NCBI RefSeq assembly: GCF_030247655.1
Contig: NZ_JAOTRZ010000018.1
Location: 3,771 to 27,770 of the forward strand
Length of the DNA: 24,000 bases
Direction of reading: 5' to 3'
From: Trichlorobacter sp.
Lineage (GTDB): Bacteria > Desulfobacterota > Desulfuromonadia > Geobacterales > Pseudopelobacteraceae
Shown: positions 1 through 7,506 of the stretch, piece by piece
Layout: every line of letters starts with the position of its first letter
Numbering within the stretch: the first letter of the stretch is position 1
Program-made: the position numbers and the translations under genes
The notes under the pieces: generated by a model
Database searches by the model: none
What the model was told of the DNA's origin: nothing
What the model saw: the letters and a program-made list of their open reading frames with translations, nothing else

Positions 1-1242
1 CAGCAGCAGCTGCATCTGCAGCAGCAGGCTGAGCAGATCCGGCTGCATTCGCAGAAACTGGAAGCGCTTCAGCAACAGGTAACGACACTACAACAAACAG
101 CCCCCCCCATTCCCGTCAAAGCACCTGTTGCTGCTACCGATAAACCGGCAAAACCCCTGATACACAAGCAACTCGCAGCAGCAGTTCCGCCCGTTGTCAC
201 CTCCGGCAACGACCGGATCAGGCTGGCTATTTCGGGACAGCTTAACAGGGCCATGAATGTTGCCAGTGACGGCGTCAGCACCAGGATCTACCATGTGGAC
301 AACGACGGCAGCAACAGCAGGTTCAGGCTCGTGGGCAGCGCTAAGATTAATGATGACCTGTCTCTTGGCACCAGGATTGAGATTGCCGTTGCTCCGGATA
401 TTTCAACAAGAGTCTCGCAGACAAGCCAGGTTTACGGTGATTATTTCAACCAGCGCTGGGCTGAAGTATCCCTTGCCAGCAAGAGGTTTGGCAAACTCTC
501 CATAGGCAAGGGGGACACCGCCTCCAACACGACTGCTGAGGCCGACCTCTCCAAAACCAGTGTAGTCCAGTATTCCCAGATTTACACCATGGCCGGCGGG
601 ATGCTGTTCAGAGAAAAGAACGGCGCCAGGGCACTTACCAGACTGAAGATTTCCGATGTCTTCAATAACGGTGACGGCCTTACCCGACAAAGCCGCTTGC
701 GCTATGATTCTCCCGGCTTCTACGGATTCAGTCTGGCCGGTTCACTGGTAGCCGGACAACGCTCCGACATTGCCCTCTACTGGGGTGGTGAAGGCTACGG
801 CTTTCAGGGGGCTGGTGCCTTTGCCGTTGTAAACACCAAGGGGACTGCTACTTACTCAACACTACCGGATGCCCGCCTGTTGTATGACGGCTCCTTCTCA
901 TTGCTGCACAAACAGACAGGCCTGAACGTTACGGTTTCAGGATCACTGCTGGAACGGACTGCTGCCGGCAACCGGACAAATCTGTATACCAAGCTGGGAT
1001 GGATTGCTCATTTCACCAGACTGGGATCTACCGCTTTCGGCCTTGATTACACAAGGACAAGCAATGGCTATGCAGACGGTGACAGGGCCACCTCAGTTGG
1101 TGCTGCCGTCGTTCAGGCGTTTGAGCAGTATGCAACAGAGTTGTACGTTCAGTACCGGGTACATGCTCTTGAGAGGTCAGCCAGTCTGGCTCCTGTTTCC
1201 GACATCAACGTCGGCACTGTCGGTGTACGGGTCAAGTTCTGA
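1..1242 (+). CDS. Outer-membrane porin (beta-barrel), 5'-partial. A Gln-rich coiled-coil segment and a Pro/Ala linker precede the barrel.
   Basis: Frame 1 is open from nt 1 with no stop before the ATG at 253 that the ORF track uses. It reads QQQLHLQQQAEQIRLHSQKLEALQQQVTTLQQTAPPIPVKAPVAATDKPAKP...GNDRIRLAISGQLNRAMNV. The rest shows alternating amphipathic strands and Gly/Asp/Asn/Tyr-rich turns, and ends ...VGVRVKF (the C-terminal Phe typical of OMPs). Confidence 0.7.
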   Translation, partial: QQQLHLQQQAEQIRLHSQKLEALQQQVTTLQQTAPPIPVKAPVAATDKPAKPLIHKQLAAAVPPVVTSGNDRIRLAISGQLNRAMNVASDGVSTRIYHVDNDGSNSRFRLVGSAKINDDLSLGTRIEIAVAPDISTRVSQTSQVYGDYFNQRWAEVSLASKRFGKLSIGKGDTASNTTAEADLSKTSVVQYSQIYTMAGGMLFREKNGARALTRLKISDVFNNGDGLTRQSRLRYDSPGFYGFSLAGSLVAGQRSDIALYWGGEGYGFQGAGAFAVVNTKGTATYSTLPDARLLYDGSFSLLHKQTGLNVTVSGSLLERTAAGNRTNLYTKLGWIAHFTRLGSTAFGLDYTRTSNGYADGDRATSVGAAVVQAFEQYATELYVQYRVHALERSASLAPVSDINVGTVGVRVKF

Positions 1243-1274
1243 TCCTGAATGTTGCTTGAAGAAGAAAGTGCCCT

Positions 1275-3254
1275 ATGCGTACAGAGCCTCAAAAAACTGC
1301 TGACTTTTCAGATGGCGGGTATATCCGGTTGAGACGATTTGTCGTTCTTGCCGTCTGTCTGATCATCACGTTCAGCACCGCGTATACCGCCTGGAAGAGC
1401 TATCGCAGCCGGCAGATTATCCTCAAGGCTGCAGAACTGCAGACACAGGCAAATGCACGCTCCCTGAAGGAACATGCCGAGCGTGCCTTTTCTGAAATTG
1501 ACTATATCCTGAAGGAAAAGGTGCGCCGGATTGAGCGGTCAGGCAGTCTGTCCCATGACCAGCTGACAAAGCTGCTGCGTGAAGACATTCAAAATATCCC
1601 CCAGATTTCCTCTTTGGTGTTTGCAGACCCGTCAGGGCAGATTACCGCCATTTCTCTGGTTAACGCGCCACTTCTCAGCGTAAATGATCGCCTGTTCTAT
1701 CAGCACCACCTGAACGTTAAAAGCGATGCCCTGTTCATCACGCCTCCGTTCAAGTCAAAGATCAACGGCAACTGGCGCATCACCCTCTCGCGACGACTCA
1801 ATACACCTTCCGGAGCATTTGCCGGCATGCTGGTGGCATATCTTGATGTCGGCTACTTTGAAAAGCTGTATACCGACCTTACGGATGACCGCAACGCGCG
1901 CTACTCTCTGGCACTGATGTCCGGTTCCTACCTGATGCTGGTGCCTGACCCGGCCAATGTGTATGCAACCGGCAAGAAGATGAGTGCAGCCCAGATAGAG
2001 CGTTATTCGGGAGAGCCTTTCGGAACCTATCAGCCAGAACAGTCCAACGTGTTCGGCCAGCCCCGCATTACCTCCTACCATCGTCTTGATCGCTACCCTG
2101 CAGTTGCCATCATGTCATTCAACAAGAAACATGTGCTTGCTGACTGGCAGGCTACTCTCGCCAAAGATATTATCACCTACAGTGCCTTTCTCCTGCTGAT
2201 TACGGTGCTGACCAGACTGTTGATCAACCAGATTCGCAGAATTGAACAGACCAACAGTATGCTGGTACAGAAAAATGAAGAGCTGAGCAGCGCCAGGCAA
2301 AGTGCCGACAGGTCCAGAGAAGAGGCTGAATCGGCAACCAGGGCAAAAAGCGCCTTTCTCGCTAATATGAGCCATGAAATTCGCTCACCAATGAATGCTA
2401 TTATCTGGCTGGCACAGATAGCCCTTGAGAGCAATCTGACCGAACGGCAGCAGGGATATCTGTCAAAGCTGCTGAGCGCAGCACAATCGCTGCTACGCAT
2501 TATCAACGACATACTCGATCTGTCAAAGATCGAGGCACACCGGCTGGAACTGATACATGAACCGTTCTCACTCAAGGAGTTGCTGCAACAGGTTTCTGAT
2601 CTGTTTCAGCTCTCCACAGAGGCCAAAAAACTTGCCTTTGCGGTTGATCTTGATCAAAACCTGCCAGCCAGGGTGGTGGGGGATCAACTGCGTTTGTGGC
2701 AGGTGCTGAATAATCTGGTGGGCAACGCAGTCAAGTTTACTGAAGTCGGTGGCATTATTGTGCAGGTCAGGCAGCTGGAACGCCTTGATACCACGGTTAG
2801 CATCTGTTTCACTGTAACTGACACCGGTATCGGCATCTCCCCGGAACAGTCAGAACAGCTTTTCAATCCCTATACCCAGGCCGACAGCTCCATTGCACAG
2901 CAATTTGGCGGAACCGGACTTGGTCTGAGCATCTCACAGCAGCTGGTACAGCTGATGGGTGGCGCTATAACCCTGTCCAGCACCTTGGGCAAGGGCAGTT
3001 CTTTCTCCTTTACCATCCGGCTTCTGGTGCAGGGGGATACAGACATCAGGCAGCAACCTGAGGCACAACCATTATCAATATATGAACGTGCCAGGCCGAT
3101 TCATGGTGCAGAAATTCTGCTGGTTGAGGACAACAAGGTAAACCGGTATGCTGTGCAGGAGCTTCTTGAAAAGGCCGGACTCAGGGTTACGGCTGTTACA
3201 CATGGCGGCGAAGCATTGCAGGCCCTGCAAAACAACGCTACGATGCAGTGCTGA
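1275..3254 (+). CDS. Hybrid sensor histidine kinase (TM, Cache-like periplasmic domain, TM, coiled coil, HisKA, HATPase_c, then the start of a receiver). It is truncated inside the receiver domain by a frame break.
   Basis: Two hydrophobic segments (VVLAVCLIITFSTAY and IITYSAFLLLITVLT) flank a ~270-aa periplasmic region. The H-box is FLANMSHEIRSPMN, the N-box QVLNNLVGNAVKFT, and the G-boxes DTGIGI and GGTGLGLSI. The receiver begins ILLVEDNKVNRYAV and stops at TGA 3252-3254. Confidence 0.85.
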   Translation: MRTEPQKTADFSDGGYIRLRRFVVLAVCLIITFSTAYTAWKSYRSRQIILKAAELQTQANARSLKEHAERAFSEIDYILKEKVRRIERSGSLSHDQLTKLLREDIQNIPQISSLVFADPSGQITAISLVNAPLLSVNDRLFYQHHLNVKSDALFITPPFKSKINGNWRITLSRRLNTPSGAFAGMLVAYLDVGYFEKLYTDLTDDRNARYSLALMSGSYLMLVPDPANVYATGKKMSAAQIERYSGEPFGTYQPEQSNVFGQPRITSYHRLDRYPAVAIMSFNKKHVLADWQATLAKDIITYSAFLLLITVLTRLLINQIRRIEQTNSMLVQKNEELSSARQSADRSREEAESATRAKSAFLANMSHEIRSPMNAIIWLAQIALESNLTERQQGYLSKLLSAAQSLLRIINDILDLSKIEAHRLELIHEPFSLKELLQQVSDLFQLSTEAKKLAFAVDLDQNLPARVVGDQLRLWQVLNNLVGNAVKFTEVGGIIVQVRQLERLDTTVSICFTVTDTGIGISPEQSEQLFNPYTQADSSIAQQFGGTGLGLSISQQLVQLMGGAITLSSTLGKGSSFSFTIRLLVQGDTDIRQQPEAQPLSIYERARPIHGAEILLVEDNKVNRYAVQELLEKAGLRVTAVTHGGEALQALQNNATMQC

Positions 3255-3481
3255 TGGATATGCAGATGCCGGAGATGGATGGCATTCAGGCCACCAGGCT
3301 GATCCGGCGCCTTCCTAACGGCGCAGATATACTTGTCATTGCCATGACAGGCGCTGCAACTGCAGAAGACAGGGCCTTCTGCATCGAGGCCGGCATGAAC
3401 GACCATGTTGGCAAACCGATTAATGCTGTAGAGCTGTTGCAGAAGCTGATTCAATGGATGGGGAAGCCAACAGCGGAATGA
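3248..3481 (+). CDS. C-terminal two-thirds of the receiver (REC) domain of the upstream hybrid kinase, lying in the -1 frame. This is a fragment, not an independent gene.
   Basis: This frame is open upstream of the GTG at 3248 and reads ...KQRYDAVLMDMQMPEMDGIQATRLIRR...VIAMTGAAT...HVGKPI. These are the canonical phospho-acceptor Asp, the conserved Thr and the conserved Lys of receiver domains. There is no RBS of its own. Confidence 0.8.
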   Translation: MLMDMQMPEMDGIQATRLIRRLPNGADILVIAMTGAATAEDRAFCIEAGMNDHVGKPINAVELLQKLIQWMGKPTAE

Positions 3482-3524
3482 GAAGATAGTTTTTTTATGA
3501 CAAGAAATCGTATGCGTAACTCAC

Positions 3525-3555
3525 AAGGCGACCAATCGGCCGCCTTTGCTTTTTC
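3525..3555 (+). terminator. Rho-independent terminator downstream of the histidine kinase
   Basis: AAGGCGACC-aatc-GGCCGCCTT forms a 9-bp stem with one mismatch, followed by TGCTTTTTC. Confidence 0.55.
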
Positions 3556-3615
3556 TTGCAAATCAGCTGGCCCTTTCGTACACTTCCCTTGCATTTAAAC
3601 AGATTAAAAGTAGAG

Positions 3616-3769
3616 CTTTCTGGCACGAGTAATTCCAATTCCATATCAAGGCCCTATCTTCGTTGGCTCGTCATCGGCTCCTCGACGTACTGCGTGTACG
3701 CCTGCGTTGCCGAATTTCTCGCCGTCTTGATATCATCCTTGATCTGGAATCGGAATAATTGCCAGAAGG
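3616..3769. repeat. ~154-bp non-coding element bounded by ~35-bp imperfect terminal inverted repeats (MITE-like, or a long hairpin)
   Basis: The left arm is CTTTCTGGCACGAGTAATTCCAATTCCATATCAAGG (3616-3651). The right arm is CCTTGATCTGGAATCGGAATAATTGCCAGAAGG (3737-3769). The reverse complement of the left arm matches the right arm in blocks of 7, 6, 5 and 8 nt, interrupted by three single mismatches and one 3-vs-6-nt internal loop. Confidence 0.6.
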
Positions 3770-3774
3770 TTCAG

Positions 3775-3903
3775 ATGCAGAAGACCTGTTTCACCACAAT
3801 CCAGATCACTACAATTTTTAAAGAAGCTGAGACCGGCATGCTGATGAAAGAGATTTACCGCAAGCATGGTATCAGCGTGGAGACGACACCCCATGAACAA
3901 TAA
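3775..3903 (+). mobile_element. Remnant of an IS3-family (IS407/IS2-like) transposase OrfA. Only the N-terminal HTH is present (~40 codons).
   Basis: The ATG at 3775 gives MQKTCFTTIQITTIFKEAETGMLMKEIYRKHGISVETTPHEQ*. This follows the OrfA N-terminal pattern F-T-x-x-Q-I-(4)-[KR]-E-x-E-x-G-(4)-[ED]-h-x-RKHGIS-x-x-T. Intact OrfAs continue with FYxWxxKYGG, which is absent here. Confidence 0.55.
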
Positions 3904-4363
3904 TGATGTACTGCGTCAGCTCCGCTTCGCCCTTGATATCAGCAACCCCGACATGATCGAGATGTTTAAGCTCTCCGGTTGCTCCATGGACCAGTCAACC
4001 CTGTTAAAGCTGCTGAAGAAAGAGGACGAAGAGGAGTTCATCCCCTGCAGCAATCCGCTGCTCGCCTTTTTTCTGGATGGCCTGATCGTTCAGAAGCGGG
4101 GCCGACGGGAGGGGGAGAGTGGTCAGCCGCCTAAGGCCGATCCTCTGCTGAACAACAACGCCATCCTGAAAAAAGTACGCATCGCCCTGGAGCTGAAGGA
4201 GGAAGATATGCTGGCCATCCTGAAGCTGGCGGATGTCACCCTTTCGAAGCCGGAACTGACAGCCCTGTTTCGTACCAAGGGGCATAAGCACTACAAGGAA
4301 TGCGGCGACCAGTTTCTGCGGAATTTTCTGCAGGGGCTCACCCGGCGTTACCGGAAGGTGTGA
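3893..4363 (+). CDS. DUF1456 family protein (E. coli YehS-like), two tandem DUF1456 repeats
   Basis: The sequence MNNNDVLRQLRFAL...KKEDEEEF...FLDGLIVQKRG... is followed by a second repeat, LNNNAILKKVRIALELKEEDMLAIL...ECGDQFLRNFLQGL. I placed the start at ATG 3893 because family N-termini begin MxNND(I/V)LR. The track's ATG at 3866 is in the same frame but has no RBS. GGAG lies ~10 nt upstream of 3893. Confidence 0.8.
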   Translation: MNNNDVLRQLRFALDISNPDMIEMFKLSGCSMDQSTLLKLLKKEDEEEFIPCSNPLLAFFLDGLIVQKRGRREGESGQPPKADPLLNNNAILKKVRIALELKEEDMLAILKLADVTLSKPELTALFRTKGHKHYKECGDQFLRNFLQGLTRRYRKV

Positions 4364-4421
4364 CCGACGGGCTGAAACTTGTTCATGTGGCTTCAGAGTC
4401 AATTTTAGACTATTTTACATA

Positions 4422-4459
4422 AAAAGAGGCCAAGGGATGCATACCCCTTGGCCTCTTTT
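4422..4459. terminator. Bidirectional rho-independent terminator between convergent genes
   Basis: AAAAGAGGCCAAGGG-atgcatac-CCCTTGGCCTCTTTT is a perfect 15-bp stem. The A-run and T-run serve both strands. Confidence 0.85.
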
Positions 4460-4479
4460 GTCTGCGGCTGATTGACCTT

Positions 4480-5799
4480 TTACAGTGTTACATCCAGTTC
4501 ATTTTCGGTTAGCTGTGCCCGGACCTGTTTCTTGCGGATCTGCACCAGTTCACCGCTCTTGGTCTTCATAACTGCACCCGGCTTGCGGTGGGAGTTGTAG
4601 TTTTCCGGCGACATGCTTTCGGAGTAGGCTCCGGTGCCGCCGATCACGACATAATCACCAATCTCCGGTTCGGCAATCAACACCGGTACAATGTTGCCGT
4701 CGTTGTCCAGGCGGACTGAGTCGCCGCTTTCACAGCAGCGCCCCACAATGCCGAAGGACTTCAGTCCCTCTGCTGAAGCCTGGTCATACTCGCTGGAGAG
4801 CAGGGTGCCGTCCTGACGCACAATGGCAATCGGATGCTCTGAGCCGTACAGCAGCGGACGGGTCAGCAGTTCCATGCCACCATCAACGATCAGGAAGTTA
4901 AGTTCATTGGTCAGTTTTTTGTCGATGATGCGGGTGATGATATGGCCGGAGTTGGCCACCACAAAGGTGCCTGGCTCAATTTCCATCTGCAGTTCACGGC
5001 CGGTGGCTGCCTTAAACTCTTCAATCCGTTGCTTGGCATAGGCGCCCAGTGCAGCAATGTCTGCCTGTTTTTCGCCCGGCATCCGGGCTACTTTTAAACC
5101 GCCACCGAAGCTGACCGTGGTTGCGTCAGGGAAGTAGGTCTTTACAAAACCCAGTTCGCGGTCAATGTTCTGGCGCCATTTTTCCGGGTCGCCGCCGGAA
5201 CCGATATGTACATGGACCTGGGTAAAACGCAGCCCCAGCTCATCCGCCTGGGCCTTTACCGTGGGAACGTCGTTTAAGTGGACGCCAAAGCAGGAATATT
5301 CGCTGCCGGTGTCGCGGGTGGCACTTTCACCACCACCGGCTGCGCCGGGATGTACCCGCATGGAGAGGTCTACGTTATTGGCCTTGGCAAAATCGGCAAT
5401 CAGGCTGAACTGCAGCATGGAGCAGACGTTGTACTTCAAACCAGCCTTGATCATCTCTTCCAGTTCAATACGCTCTTCGCCAGAAGGAACTTCCTGAGTG
5501 GTCAGCATCATCCGGCTGAAGGGAACCCCGGCTGCATGGGCGCGGGCAGCTTCATCCAGCGATGAACAATCCAGATCCAGCCCTTTGCTGGTGACCACCC
5601 GCAGCACGGTGCGATCAGAGTTGGCCTTCATGGCATAGCGCACATGCAGACCAAAGGCATTGGGCATGTTCAGCAGCTGTTCGCAGCTGTTTTCAATGTA
5701 ATTTTGATCATGCAGATAGACCGGTGTGCCCCACTGTTTGGCTATTTGGGGGATAATCGTTGCGTCCAGTTTTGTTGGTCCAAACTGATTTGTGGACAT
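4480..5799 (-). CDS. Fold-type III PLP-dependent decarboxylase (Orn/DAP/Arg decarboxylase family 2), diaminopimelate-decarboxylase-like paralog with unknown substrate
   Basis: The PLP-lysine motif is YAMKANS, the Gly-rich motif HIGSGG, and the active-site motif CESGD, with EPG also present. I chose the start at ATG 5799 (MSTNQFG...) because GAGG lies ~9 nt upstream. The track's start at 5838 has no RBS. Confidence 0.8.
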   Translation of the reverse strand: MSTNQFGPTKLDATIIPQIAKQWGTPVYLHDQNYIENSCEQLLNMPNAFGLHVRYAMKANSDRTVLRVVTSKGLDLDCSSLDEAARAHAAGVPFSRMMLTTQEVPSGEERIELEEMIKAGLKYNVCSMLQFSLIADFAKANNVDLSMRVHPGAAGGGESATRDTGSEYSCFGVHLNDVPTVKAQADELGLRFTQVHVHIGSGGDPEKWRQNIDRELGFVKTYFPDATTVSFGGGLKVARMPGEKQADIAALGAYAKQRIEEFKAATGRELQMEIEPGTFVVANSGHIITRIIDKKLTNELNFLIVDGGMELLTRPLLYGSEHPIAIVRQDGTLLSSEYDQASAEGLKSFGIVGRCCESGDSVRLDNDGNIVPVLIAEPEIGDYVVIGGTGAYSESMSPENYNSHRKPGAVMKTKSGELVQIRKKQVRAQLTENELDVTL

Positions 5800-5972
5800 G
5801 TTTTTAACCTCGTAGTGGTTTCTAATTTGAATCAGCAAGCTACAATCTCCTTAAAACCGTACAAAGAGATGAATTGATCTTTTACCATTTTAAGACGATG
5901 GGGTGCAATAGCTGTCTGAAGTTTTACTGATTCCTGTTGCTGCAAAGCCGGGCTTGCGTTAGCATCCCAGTC

Positions 5973-6494
5973 ATGATTCAGAAAATGTTTTATAGCTATC
6001 GCCCGATCGGCATCCTGCGTTCGCCCTATACCCGCCGCATTGACGCTCCCCATCAAGGTACGGTGGTGGAGGGTACAGAAAGCGGGGAACCGGCGTTGGC
6101 CACGCTGGAGCTTGCAGAGTGGCTGGATGAGCAGGTTATTCGGGATCTGAACTGTTTTGAGCGGGTCTGGCTGATCTTTGCCTTTCATCTGAGTGAGGGC
6201 TGGAAGAGTACGGTCAAGCCGCCACGGGGCGGGCCGAAGCGGGGAGTGCTGGCCACCCGATCTCCCCATCGACCTAATTCCATTGGTCTGACGGCGGTGG
6301 AGTTGGTGGTGATTGAAGGCAGGAGGTTGACGTTGCGCGCTGTGGATCTGTTGGATGGCACACCGGTGCTGGATATCAAGCCGTATGTACCCTATGCGGA
6401 TGCCTTTCCAGATGCCAGGGCTGGCTGGATCGATGAGCTTGATGCTGAACAGGGACTCAATTCTGCGCCAGGGCCGAAGAAGCCCAGACGTTGA
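5973..6494 (+). CDS. trmO: TsaA/YaeB-family tRNA (m6t6A37) methyltransferase TrmO
   Basis: Contains RSPHRPNSIGLTAVELV...LDGTPVLDIKPYVPYAD, the hallmark of the TsaA-like domain. The start is ambiguous: TTG 5937, ATG 5973 or ATG 5985. Confidence 0.75.
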   Translation: MIQKMFYSYRPIGILRSPYTRRIDAPHQGTVVEGTESGEPALATLELAEWLDEQVIRDLNCFERVWLIFAFHLSEGWKSTVKPPRGGPKRGVLATRSPHRPNSIGLTAVELVVIEGRRLTLRAVDLLDGTPVLDIKPYVPYADAFPDARAGWIDELDAEQGLNSAPGPKKPRR

Positions 6495-6512
6495 AGGGAT
6501 GCTTGTGTATGC

Positions 6513-6539
6513 AAAAAGCGGCCTTGAAGGCCGCCTTTT
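6513..6539. terminator. Rho-independent terminator between the convergent trmO and ppiC-like genes
   Basis: AAAAGCGGCC-ttgaa-GGCCGCCTTTT. A second hairpin, CGCAGCA-acc-TGCTGCG (about 6553-6569), follows just before the stop of the minus-strand gene. Confidence 0.7.
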
Positions 6540-6581
6540 GACTGATTAAATCGCAGCAACCTGCTGCGTTGGCTATACTCC

Positions 6582-7307
6582 TCAACCAGCCTGCTGCTCT
6601 GCCCCTGCTTTATTGCACTGCTCCACCACCTCACGCAGCCAGGCGATCTCATCAGGGAGAAACTGCTTTGAGTATTCAGCTCCAACGTTCATGGCGATAT
6701 GCAGCGGCGGCATGGTAGTAGCGGCAATGACATGGCCCGGTACACCGATCCATTTGACATCGGTACCAGCCCAACCCTTCAGTCGTTCTTCACTGTCAAA
6801 GATCATCAGGTAGTCATTTCCTTCCGAATCAATGATAAGGGGCAGCACCTGTCCTTCTTCAAGCGTAACGCCCTCTTCAAGATCCTTTGGATCAAGGGTG
6901 GGCACACAGAAGGTTGTGTTGAGGAACAGGTCATAAAACTTTGATTGGCTGGTGGCGTCAGACATGTTTTCACGCAGGTTTGCCAGCGCCTGATCAAGGG
7001 AACCTGCTGTTTGAGGCGCGTGCTGTGTTGCTTCTGTGCGGCTGGTAACCTCAAGCAGGTGGTAGCCAAACTGGGTCTTGACCGGGCCAAGCACTTTATT
7101 CAGCTCGCCGGTAAAAACAACCTGGTCAAACTCAGGCACCATCTGGCCGGGATTAAAGCTGCCAAGATCGCCACCTTGCTGGCCGGAGGGACAGGATGAT
7201 TCGCGTTTGGCAACCTCGGCAAAATCAGCACCGGCTTCTATTTCAGATTTAAGTTGCAGACAGCGGTCTTCGGTGTCCACGAGAATGTGGCGGGCAGTAG
7301 CAGGCAT
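6582..7307 (-). CDS. Parvulin-type peptidyl-prolyl cis-trans isomerase (PpiC/Par10-like) fused to a C-terminal SseB-like domain
   Basis: The N-terminal ~95 aa (ATARHILVDTEDRCLQLKSEIEAGADFAEVAKRESSCPSGQQGGDLGSFNPGQMVPEFDQVVF...PVKTQFGYHLLEV) is collinear with E. coli PpiC. The C-terminal ~140 aa (FYDLFLNTTFCVPT...LPLIIDSEGNDYLMIFDSEERLKGW...LHIAMNVGAEYSKQFLPDEIAWL) follows the SseB-family pattern. The start at ATG 7307 has AAGGAG 6 nt upstream. The track's longer ORF start at 7418 has no RBS. Confidence 0.75.
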   Translation of the reverse strand: MPATARHILVDTEDRCLQLKSEIEAGADFAEVAKRESSCPSGQQGGDLGSFNPGQMVPEFDQVVFTGELNKVLGPVKTQFGYHLLEVTSRTEATQHAPQTAGSLDQALANLRENMSDATSQSKFYDLFLNTTFCVPTLDPKDLEEGVTLEEGQVLPLIIDSEGNDYLMIFDSEERLKGWAGTDVKWIGVPGHVIAATTMPPLHIAMNVGAEYSKQFLPDEIAWLREVVEQCNKAGAEQQAG

Positions 7308-7506
7308 GTAGGCTCCTTGAACGGGAAAAATTTTCGGCATACTAGCTGAATCAACAGGGGATGGCAACCGGCAGCATTTGAGTACATATACATTTTTAGA
7401 GACAGGCGCCGTGGTCATCCTCGTTTTATTCCGATTCCGGTTCGCGTATGCTGCCGATGCGAAGAAACATTCTCAAAAAAGCAGATGCTATATAAAAGGG
7501 GGGCTA

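Noticed and set aside
3225-3254. Programmed -1 ribosomal frameshift joining the kinase and receiver pieces
   Set aside because: The sequence around the break (CTG CAA AAC AAC) is not an X XXY YYZ slippery heptamer. The P-site CAA cannot re-pair in the -1 frame, and I saw no obvious downstream stimulatory hairpin or pseudoknot. An indel in the A-run is the simpler explanation.
3556-3903. 115-aa ORF from the track, read as one real gene
   Set aside because: Only its last ~40 residues look like protein (IS3 OrfA HTH). The first ~70 codons run through the inverted-repeat element and start at a TTG with no RBS. It is better explained as an IS remnant plus non-coding DNA.
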